63,546 nucleotides of DNA from a virus (Duplodnaviria; Caudoviricetes): IMG/VR virus record IMGVR_UViG_3300020122_000568, positions 1 to 63,546 of that record; one strand, given 5' to 3'. How positions within the stretch are numbered: position 1 is the stretch's first letter; the number at the start of each line of letters is the position of its first letter. The translations under genes and the position numbers were made by a program. A model generated the notes under the pieces. It searched no databases. It saw only the letters and a list, made by a program, of their open reading frames with translations, and was not told where the DNA came from. Positions 56,326-63,546 of the stretch are shown piece by piece.

Positions 56326-57690
56326 TCACCGCTGCCATGACTGCTCCTGTTCCGTAGCGCTGAGGTCGACGAAGCGCCCAAATCGCGGTTGCCACCCGAG
56401 GCGCGTGGTCCCGATGGGTCCGTTTCGCTGCTTGGCGATGATGACTTCGCAGATGCCCTTGTCCTGCGTCTTCGGTTCGTAAACTTCGTCGCGGTACAAG
56501 AACGCGATGACATCGGCGTCCTGCTCGATTTGTCCGCTGTCACGCAGGTCGCTCAAGATGGGACGCTTGTTCGATCTCTCCTCGCACTTACGGTTCAACT
56601 GCGCCAACGCGACGACGGCTCCGTTGATCTCCTTCGCGAGCGCCTTGAGCCCGCGCGACACGGCGGCGATCTCCCGCTCGCGGTCAAGCTCGCCTCGGCG
56701 CGACTGCGCACTGACGAGCTGCAGGTAATCGACGATCACGACGCACGGACTCCCGGACGCTCCTTCGGTCAAGCGCCACCGACGAGCGCGCGAGCGGATG
56801 CCGATGATGTCAAGCGTTCCCTCGTCGTCGACCCACAGTGGGCGGCGCGCGAGAACATCGCCGGTGCGGCTGATCGCCTTCCAGTCGTCTCCGGTCAGGT
56901 GTCCAGAGCGCATGCTCTGCGCGTCGACGCGCCCCTCGCACGCGAGCATCCTCTCGACGAGAGACAGATTCGACATCTCCAGGCTGAATACGAGCCCCGG
57001 AAAGCCGCGCGCGGACTGCGCCACCGCCATATTGCCGGCGAAGGCGCTCTTGCCCATCGACGGCCTCGCCGCGATGATCCAAAGCTCTCCGGGGTGCAGC
57101 CCTGTCGTCGTGCGGTCGAGTTCGGAGAACGCCGTCGTGATTCCCAGCGCCGCGGGGTTGTGGCGGTTCTCGTATCGGCGCTCGATATCGCGAATGGACT
57201 CATTCAGCAGCGGATTGACATGCCGGGCCTGTTGCTTCACGACGTCGCCGCGCTGAAGGTCGAGTAGTGCCGCGTCCACCTGCGAGAAGAATTCGTCGTC
57301 GCCGGTGTCAGCGTCGTACGCGAGAACGCGCAACTCGTCCGTCAACTCGGCGTATCGGCGCCGGCGCGCCTTCGAGCGGACGATTCGCGCGTGGTAGGCG
57401 TGATTCTCGACGGTGACGACCTTGCACATCAGGTCGGTCAGGTATTCATCGCCGCCGGCGGCATTCAGGCGGTCGAAGGTTCCATCGCCTCGCATCCGAT
57501 TCGCGACGCTGACGGCGTCGATCGGCTGTGAGTCGCTATCGAGCGCCACGATCGCCTCGAAGATTACGCGCAGCGCCGGGTGGCAAAACTCCGGCGGCGT
57601 CACCTCAGCGATCACCTCGGGCAGAATGCGCGGGTGAACCAAGATGCCACCGACGAGTTGAGCCTCGGACTCAATAGCACTCGGCGTCAT
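56326..57690 (-). CDS. dnaB: Replicative DNA helicase DnaB
   Basis: AARPSMGKS, FSLEM, IVDYLQL, QLNR, DLRDSGQIEQDAD, KQRNGP. Confidence 0.96.
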   Translation of the reverse strand: MTPSAIESEAQLVGGILVHPRILPEVIAEVTPPEFCHPALRVIFEAIVALDSDSQPIDAVSVANRMRGDGTFDRLNAAGGDEYLTDLMCKVVTVENHAYHARIVRSKARRRRYAELTDELRVLAYDADTGDDEFFSQVDAALLDLQRGDVVKQQARHVNPLLNESIRDIERRYENRHNPAALGITTAFSELDRTTTGLHPGELWIIAARPSMGKSAFAGNMAVAQSARGFPGLVFSLEMSNLSLVERMLACEGRVDAQSMRSGHLTGDDWKAISRTGDVLARRPLWVDDEGTLDIIGIRSRARRWRLTEGASGSPCVVIVDYLQLVSAQSRRGELDREREIAAVSRGLKALAKEINGAVVALAQLNRKCEERSNKRPILSDLRDSGQIEQDADVIAFLYRDEVYEPKTQDKGICEVIIAKQRNGPIGTTRLGWQPRFGRFVDLSATEQEQSWQR

Positions 57691-58727
57691 GTTCTCGCGG
57701 CCCCCGCTTCACGCAAGCGGCCATGGCTTGCGAGGATCGTCTTGACCTCTGCGATCTCCTCCGCCGACGGTGGCGGCATCGCCGGTGCGTGTTCGAACGG
57801 CTTCGAGTAGGGCCTCTCGTCGGGGACGGGAGCCCGATAGCGATCGTCGCGAGACGGCGGTTTGCGCCTCGGATCGCGCGTCCCGTTCAAGACCTCCTGC
57901 ACCGCCCCCCAATGCCGCGGCTCCTCGAGTTTGTACGGCACCAGCGACGGCTTGATGCTGAGGCCACCGACGTATGCGACGAACGCGTCGATCACCCGCG
58001 GAGCCAACTCTGACGCGCTCTCGCCGCGTGACCTTGCCAGGTCTTCGATGAGCCGCGCCGCCACGTCGAGATTCGGCGCAAGAATCCCGGTTTTCTGCAG
58101 CCACAACTGGCGCAGGGACTCCAGGTTGATCTTGTCCGTCGAGTCTGGCTGATGAGGTGCCGGCTGGGATGCGGGCTCCTGCTCCATTACGCGCGCGCGC
58201 GCGGTGTGTATATTCTTCTCTTGATCTTGATCTTCTACTTCTGCGGGCCGGTCGCCGGAGGCTTGCCGGATGTCTGCCGGCAAAGATCCCGCACCGACGG
58301 GAAACGACGCCTGACAGGTGGAAATTGGGGCGCTGGCGATTTTTGGGGGTGCCGGCGCTCCTGATGGGGGCTCGCGGTCCTTTCGGAGGCCCGGTTGGCA
58401 GCGGCTGAAGCCATCGGCGGCGATCCAGCGCACGCCGTCTCGTTCGTAATACTGGATCAGGTCGAGCTCAGCCATCGCGATCAGGTATTGCTCGATCTGC
58501 TCGGCGGTGACTCGGCGGATGAGCGGCATGACCATGCCCTTGACGAGCAGCGGATCGCCGAACATGCGGCCCTCGACGTCCAGGTGGGGGATGAGCCATG
58601 CGTGAAGCGCGAGCACGTATCCGCCGTGCTCTGGTCCCATACGTTCCACTACGAGTTCGATCAGTCTCGGGAGGACGTGATTGACGCTGATCTTGCGGAG
58701 GAGCATCCGTCCCTGTGCCATCGTCAT
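57687..58727 (-). CDS. Replication initiator protein
   Basis: N-term WLIPHLDVEGR..DLIQYY winged-helix-like, low-complexity linker; upstream of dnaB. Confidence 0.75.
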   Translation of the reverse strand: MTMAQGRMLLRKISVNHVLPRLIELVVERMGPEHGGYVLALHAWLIPHLDVEGRMFGDPLLVKGMVMPLIRRVTAEQIEQYLIAMAELDLIQYYERDGVRWIAADGFSRCQPGLRKDREPPSGAPAPPKIASAPISTCQASFPVGAGSLPADIRQASGDRPAEVEDQDQEKNIHTARARVMEQEPASQPAPHQPDSTDKINLESLRQLWLQKTGILAPNLDVAARLIEDLARSRGESASELAPRVIDAFVAYVGGLSIKPSLVPYKLEEPRHWGAVQEVLNGTRDPRRKPPSRDDRYRAPVPDERPYSKPFEHAPAMPPPSAEEIAEVKTILASHGRLREAGAART

Positions 58728-59113
58728 GCCTCCAACGGGGTGATGAGCAATTCGATGCGGGGTCGCTTGGGGTCGGCGTCGAGCTTGCTGCCGTCCCAGC
58801 ACGTGATGAACTTGTCGTCCTCGACGACGCCGGCTTCTTGCAGCATGTCGGCGAGCGCGGCGAAGAAGTTATTCAAGTCTCCCGTGCGGCGTGCGCGATA
58901 GAACGTCGCTACGATCGCGCACGGCCGGCGCAGTGGCTCATGGCAGATCGGAAACCACTGCACGCGCGCCTGCGGAATCGCCGCCTTCAGCCATCGCGCG
59001 TACGGCTTGCTCGGAAGCGGCAGCCAGCGCCCCTTCACCTTGACGAGGCGCTGGCTGTTCTTCTTCGTCCTCGGCGCGCCGAAGATCGTCATATGGAAGC
59101 GCGTCGCCTCCAT
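58724..59113 (-). CDS. rusA: RusA-like Holliday junction resolvase
   Basis: PRTKKNS, GDLNN..LADMLQ.AGVVEDD, PRIEL. Confidence 0.8.
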   Translation of the reverse strand: MEATRFHMTIFGAPRTKKNSQRLVKVKGRWLPLPSKPYARWLKAAIPQARVQWFPICHEPLRRPCAIVATFYRARRTGDLNNFFAALADMLQEAGVVEDDKFITCWDGSKLDADPKRPRIELLITPLEA

Positions 59114-59529
59114 TACGCGGCCGTGGGCGCGTCCCCGCCGTCAGGCTTTCCACCCTTGGCTGTCGACTTCTTCTTGTCTTCTTTCTTGCCGCCGACGGGG
59201 AACAGCTTCACCTGCTTCTCGGAGGCGGTCATCGCGCGCGAGTCGATCTCGGTGTTCGTGTCGGTGCGGATGAGCCGCATCATCGACGTCTTGTGGTCCT
59301 CCTTCCACACGCACTCGACGGGGCGGAACTCGGACCGGCTCTTGACGACGGTGGCGAGTTGGTTGATCTCCTCGCCGATCGTCTTGAGCTCGGAGCCGAA
59401 GCGCTCGGCGTGAGCCTTCTTCTCCGACTCCACCTCGTCGTACTTCTTCACCGCGCTGGCCAGCTTGTGGGCGCGCAACTTCAGGTCCTCGTCGGAGAGC
59501 GGGCAGGACAACGAACGGATTTCGGGCAT
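59113..59529 (-). CDS. Conserved hypothetical phage protein
   Basis: RPVEC..IRTDT.EI..RAMT..E.Q..LF. Confidence 0.7.
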   Translation of the reverse strand: MPEIRSLSCPLSDEDLKLRAHKLASAVKKYDEVESEKKAHAERFGSELKTIGEEINQLATVVKSRSEFRPVECVWKEDHKTSMMRLIRTDTNTEIDSRAMTASEKQVKLFPVGGKKEDKKKSTAKGGKPDGGDAPTAA

Positions 59530-59619
59530 AGCGATCCCTCCCTGTGCTCGCCGAATACACTGCGAGCGTTCGCGCACGAAGCGCGGTTCAGATGCCGATG
59601 CGCGACCGCAGCCGCGCGC

Positions 59620-60189
59620 CTATCGTTCACCGCCGAGACGCCGGCGGGGCTTCTTGAATCCAGATGGCAATCCCGGAACGGAGGCGAGGTCCGTCGTGTT
59701 GTTCAAGAGATAGTCGATGACCTTGCGCAACAGTTCTGGGTCATCCTCGAATAGGCCCATCGCGCGATTACATCGATTGCACAGCAGACCTCTTATGCGG
59801 TTAGTCTTGTGGCAATGGTCGATGTAGAGACGTTTTCCAGGGTCAGGACAGACCGAGCAGATCGCGCACATGCCATTTTGCGCTGCGGACAGTTTCTCGT
59901 AGTGTTTCGGCGTCAGACCATGAAGCCGAAACAGAGTGATACGTGCGTTGATTGCGCGCATCTTCTCGGGGTTCGCCTTCATCCATTCTTTGGTCTTCTT
60001 GTCCTCGCACTTGCGACAACGCGATCGAGAGAACCCGTTCTTTCGCACGCCGAATTCGACCAGTCTGTCTTTTGTCTCTTGGCACAATGGACAGCGCTTC
60101 GTCGGGGTTCCGCCGATGCCGCGCGCCTTGTGCGCGGCGGCGATCTTGAGTCGCTGCTCTAGTGACATAACCTGGAAACGCTTCGGCAT
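59620..60189 (-). CDS. Endonuclease VII-domain (HNH-type) nuclease
   Basis: QNGMCAIC..IDHCHKTNRIRGLLCNRCNRAMG. Confidence 0.88.
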   Translation of the reverse strand: MPKRFQVMSLEQRLKIAAAHKARGIGGTPTKRCPLCQETKDRLVEFGVRKNGFSRSRCRKCEDKKTKEWMKANPEKMRAINARITLFRLHGLTPKHYEKLSAAQNGMCAICSVCPDPGKRLYIDHCHKTNRIRGLLCNRCNRAMGLFEDDPELLRKVIDYLLNNTTDLASVPGLPSGFKKPRRRLGGER

Positions 60190-60363
60190 CAGCCTCTCCC
60201 GTGTCCAACATGCCAAGCGCGGCAAAACCTGCACCTGTAAACACGTAGCCTGTCTCCCGTCGCGTACCCATTGCGAGATGGCGTGCGCGATTGCTTGGGC
60301 GTGGCCGTCGTGACGTTGTTTTTCACCGCACGACTTTCGACGGAGCCGACGCTTGCTCGACAT
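60189..60363 (-). pseudogene. Small Zn-ribbon gene apparently interrupted by a 1-nt insertion
   Basis: 175 nt; removing one G gives ...DGDRLRVYRCRFCRAWHVGHGRG* ending in TGATG. Confidence 0.5.
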
Positions 60364-60365
60364 GA

Positions 60366-60845
60366 TCACCGCCCCTTCGTCGCGGCGCTCACGGCCGCCT
60401 CCAGTAGTTCGACGTCGACGCGATAGAACTCGCGCGCGATCATCGCCCCGAGGAACATCCGCCACAGCGGCGTGCGCATCAGGAACGACAGCAATGCCGC
60501 CTCCGACGTCGACAGTTGCACGGTGTCCCTCACCTCCGGCTCGAGCAGTCCCGCGTGATGGCACCCCCAGCCGATGAACCCCTTCGCCGGGTTCAGTTCG
60601 GCGAGCAGCGGCAGGGCCTGCACCAGGTGGATCTGCCGCGGACGCTCCCCGCTGATCATCTCGCTTAACACCGACGGAGCGACGCCGATGCGCGCGGCAT
60701 ACGACGCCTGTTTCGTCTCGCGCACGCCCGCCGCGAACCACTGCCGCGCGAGGGCCATGGCCTCGGGAGTTCGCACGTCGACGCTTTGGAGCGATGCGGA
60801 TTCGCACACGCTTCGCAGTGCGAGGGCGGTACGTGTTTGGCTCAT
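60366..60845 (-). CDS. HTH protein in cII position
   Basis: KQASYAARIGVAPSVLSEMISGER; follows cro. Confidence 0.7.
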   Translation of the reverse strand: MSQTRTALALRSVCESASLQSVDVRTPEAMALARQWFAAGVRETKQASYAARIGVAPSVLSEMISGERPRQIHLVQALPLLAELNPAKGFIGWGCHHAGLLEPEVRDTVQLSTSEAALLSFLMRTPLWRMFLGAMIAREFYRVDVELLEAAVSAATKGR

Positions 60846-60864
60846 GACCGGACACCGACGCGCA

Positions 60865-61074
60865 TCAGGCGGCCCGCTTGCGCTTGGCGGTGAAACCGAA
60901 CAGGTCGTTCGGCATGACGACGCCGCCGGTGCCGTGGACGATCTTGCGGATGACCTTGGCGCTCCAGTCTCCCCGGGCGTCACCGCGGTAGTACGTCGCT
61001 CGCGAGATCCCGATACGATCACAGAAGTCGCCCACCGACTCGTTCCTGCTTTGCAGGTATTCGCCAATCTTCAT
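60865..61074 (-). CDS. Cro-like repressor
   Basis: FCDRIGISRATYYR..TGGVVMPNDL; divergent from cI. Confidence 0.8.
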   Translation of the reverse strand: MKIGEYLQSRNESVGDFCDRIGISRATYYRGDARGDWSAKVIRKIVHGTGGVVMPNDLFGFTAKRKRAA

Positions 61075-61085
61075 ACCGACCATCT

Positions 61086-61157
61086 TGTCGCAAATTTGCA
61101 TGCACAAGTCAAATGCGATTTTGCGACAGCCGCACGTCGTGTCTCAAATGTGAGACA
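61086..61157. promoter_or_regulatory. Three operators (consensus TGTCGCA-N4-TGCGACA) overlapping the leftward promoter
   Basis: 61086-61103, 61111-61128, 61140-61157; minus-strand TTGACT-17-GACAAG. Confidence 0.75.
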
Positions 61158-61172
61158 TTTTCGATCACGGTC

Positions 61173-61604
61173 ATGAAGGACAAACCATGGTTGCCACGAT
61201 GGAATGGAGCCGCGCTGCGGGCGGTCATGAAGGAGCGAAATCGGTCCGTGGATGAGGTGGCGGAGGCGCTGAAAATCGACCGCAGCAACATCTACCGCTG
61301 GCTCGACAATGAGACGAGCCCCCACGGGCAGTACCTAGTCGGCCTGTCGCTGGTCCTCGACCACGCTGCCGTCCGCTTCTACGAGGTGGACGCGTTTCAT
61401 CAATCCCTCAACGAACTCGCGGCGGGGGCGCATCCCGTCGAGACGCCACTGCTCGCCGACGGTAAGGACGTCGGCGCGCGCGCGTTCCGGGCTATTGGGA
61501 GCGCTGCAAAGACGGTATCAACTGCGAAAGGAGGGCGCCGATCTGTGGCAGGGCGTGCTTCGGAATCCAAGCATGGGCACCGCTCGACGAAGCCTCGCGC
61601 TTGA
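61173..61604 (+). CDS. CI-like XRE repressor (no S24 peptidase domain)
   Basis: LRAVMKERNRSVDEVAEALKIDRSNIYRWLDNETSP. Confidence 0.8.
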   Translation: MKDKPWLPRWNGAALRAVMKERNRSVDEVAEALKIDRSNIYRWLDNETSPHGQYLVGLSLVLDHAAVRFYEVDAFHQSLNELAAGAHPVETPLLADGKDVGARAFRAIGSAAKTVSTAKGGRRSVAGRASESKHGHRSTKPRA

Positions 61605-61848
61605 GGGCGTCGTCTCCGGACATGACTGCGATCGCTGCGCCTGGGCTGACCCGTAACAGCAACGGAACCGCCTCGATTCCGCTCTCATCCCCAAGTAGAA
61701 CGTCAAGCAGTATCGCATCGGGCTGATACTTGGCGGCCACGCTGATCGCCGTCGCCACGTCCGTGGCGATGTACGTCTCGTGTCCAGCAAGCAGTCGCCG
61801 AAGCGATCGCAGCAACGCAAACTCGTCGTCGACAATCAATACGCGCAT
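61492..61848 (-). CDS. Stand-alone response-regulator receiver domain
   Basis: MRVLIVDDE..PDAILLDV..SG..VMSG..GAHAWIPK. Confidence 0.85.
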   Translation of the reverse strand: MRVLIVDDEFALLRSLRRLLAGHETYIATDVATAISVAAKYQPDAILLDVLLGDESGIEAVPLLLRVSPGAAIAVMSGDDALKREASSSGAHAWIPKHALPQIGALLSQLIPSLQRSQ

Positions 61849-61964
61849 CGTCACGGGCACGTCATCATACGACGAATCAGGTTCGCGATGTACCCAGTCG
61901 CCAAATCAATTCCCGCGTTTGTACGGTTATATGTGGGTGCGAGTCGGGCGACTGTGTCCGCATC

Positions 61965-62237
61965 GTGCCTCCATCCGACCGGCGGGATCTGTTCCTACGG
62001 TACATTGCCGCCAATATCAAAATGCGGCGCATGACTCGACGCATCACGCAAGAGCAGTTGGCCGAGTTGGCCGGTGTTGACCTGACCTTCTTTCAACGCG
62101 TCGAGACAGCGAAGACGAACCTGAGCATCGATGTGCTCGTGAAGATCGCCGACGCGCTCGCCATCGCTCCGCACGAGCTGCTGCGCCCCGCCCGCTTCCG
62201 CGCTCCTCGTCGCGGCCGCCCTCCTATTCGTCGCTAG
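61965..62237 (+). CDS. XRE-family HTH regulator
   Basis: ANIKMRR..ITQEQLAELAGVD..RVE..TNLSIDVLVKIADAL. Confidence 0.85.
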   Translation: MPPSDRRDLFLRYIAANIKMRRMTRRITQEQLAELAGVDLTFFQRVETAKTNLSIDVLVKIADALAIAPHELLRPARFRAPRRGRPPIRR

Positions 62238-62294
62238 AAATCTCGACCTCTCGTGCGGAGCAGATGGGGAAATTCCCGTCTGAGCACGATGCCT

Positions 62295-62346
62295 TGTCGC
62301 AAATTTGCGAATAATGCTTGACGTCGTTTTGCAAATTTGCGACAAC
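62295..62346 (+). promoter_or_regulatory. Two operators and the rightward early promoter
   Basis: TGTCGCAAATTTGCGAAT (62295) and TTTTGCAAATTTGCGACA (62327); TTGACG-17-GACAAC. Confidence 0.72.
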
Positions 62347-62352
62347 GTTCTC

Positions 62353-62592
62353 ATGCGCACCACGAACCGCCTCCCCGCCGCCGAATCTCCCGTCGACGCC
62401 GCCAAGCGCGCGCTCCGCCATCGGGCCTACGTTCTCGCCGGTCGCAAGGCCGCGGTGGAGCGCCATCGCGATATCAGTGACGACCAGCAGCGCTTCGTGG
62501 ATGAAGCGGCTGACGCGTTGTATGCAGCGGCGCGCGAGCTTGTGCTCGCCGAGCAGGCCGCGAAGGCGGATGCGGCGTCGGTGATCCAGTGA
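62353..62592 (+). CDS. Hypothetical protein, first gene of rightward early operon
   Basis: ATG just after the operator. Confidence 0.55.
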   Translation: MRTTNRLPAAESPVDAAKRALRHRAYVLAGRKAAVERHRDISDDQQRFVDEAADALYAAARELVLAEQAAKADAASVIQ

Positions 62593-63271
62593 GCGCCGAT
62601 TTCGACGCTGACGACCGCGACGCGCTGGCGAACGATCGCGCGTACGCCGAGGTGAAGTCGGGCGACGTCCGCTGCACGTACGCGCGGCCGTGTGGGACGT
62701 GCGAGTCGTGCAACCCGCAGCCTTGGACTTGCGATCATTGCGGGTTCAGTGTCTGCCGTTGCCGCGACTTGTTCAGCGAGGCGGCGCTGCTGATGGCGGG
62801 CGTGATCGTCGAGGAGCGGTCGTGAGCGGCGCGGAGAAGGATGTGCGGCTGCGGCTGCGGGAGCGACTGAGCGCGATTGCCGCGCAGCTTGCGAGCGCAC
62901 CGGCTGCGGCGAAGGCCAGCGCTGAGGGGTGTGTCGCGAAGCAGTGCGCCGCGCAGCGAGTCGTCGGCGACGAATTCGCGTACCGAGCGGGCTATCTCGC
63001 GGCGGCGTGCGAGGACATCGCGAAGCAGTTGCAGCGGCTGATCGCGGTGTCGTTGTGAGTGGCATGGTCAAGCCTGCCGCCGCGCCCGGCGTCGACGTTC
63101 ACGAGGGGACGCGCATTGCGATCGCATACACCGTGCGTGCCATCGCGATGCTGATCGACACGAAGATTCACGAGCACGGGAACGAACCCGACGCAGTGGC
63201 CGCACTGAAGGAGTTGCGTGCCGCCGTCGAGGATTGGGGCGCGCAGCAGAAGCGCGCGGTGGAGGTGAACC

Positions 63272-63517
63272 ATGGGCAGTGAGGTATTGGCGACCAAGCG
63301 CGCGCTCGACCTGAACGGCTGCGAGATCTATCCCGAAGATCGCGTGCGCCTCGCGGGCACGCAGATGGAGGGCGCGGTCGCCGACGTGCGCGGCGATCTT
63401 GTTCTCGTCCACTGGTGGAACGGCCCCGACGACGTGGTGGGCGAGTTGGCGTGCAAGCTGATCGTGGTGAATCAGCGCTACCGCGACGCCGACCTGGACG
63501 AGGTCGACCGCTCGTGA
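63272..63517 (+). CDS. Hypothetical protein
   Basis: RBS GGAGG; runs into the terminal overlap. Confidence 0.6.
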   Translation: MGSEVLATKRALDLNGCEIYPEDRVRLAGTQMEGAVADVRGDLVLVHWWNGPDDVVGELACKLIVVNQRYRDADLDEVDRS

Positions 63518-63546
63518 GCCAGGAATTGGCCATCGTATGGTGCGCG
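63420..63546. repeat. Terminal direct repeat (copy of 1-127)
   Basis: Identical sequence. Confidence 0.97.

Overview
Apparently complete, circular (127-bp end overlap; ~63.4 kb unique) GC-rich temperate phage genome with a contractile tail (terminase, portal, scaffold, capsid, sheath/tube, tape measure, LysM/baseplate genes on the minus strand), a lambda-like cro/cI switch with five copies of an 18-bp palindromic operator, YqaJ/RecT recombination, initiator/DnaB replication, a tyrosine integrase and a serine recombinase. Protein style (Cys-rich DAG-motif lipoproteins, Zn-finger sigma-region-4 protein) suggests a myxobacterial host (inference). The top finding is at 49785-51235: a solo Cas7/RAMP-like gene flanked by two non-coding arrays of strictly 5-nt periodic GGY-NN units (13 and 20 units). 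Each array ends in GG plus a 5-bp hairpin with an AAT loop and compensatory stem changes. This looks like an RNA-guided system with a non-contiguous code, and matches my recollection of the recently reported phage VIPR architecture. Other highlights: an attP carrying the 5' half of tRNA-Sec flanked by four CCCGTCAC arm-type repeats, a ~324-nt highly structured intergenic element after recT, tail-fibre-like proteins with export signals, a stand-alone receiver domain in the immunity region, and host-like accessory enzymes (GroES, peptide deformylase, CX5R phosphatase, Nudix, RNA ligase). All calls are by eye; no searches were run.
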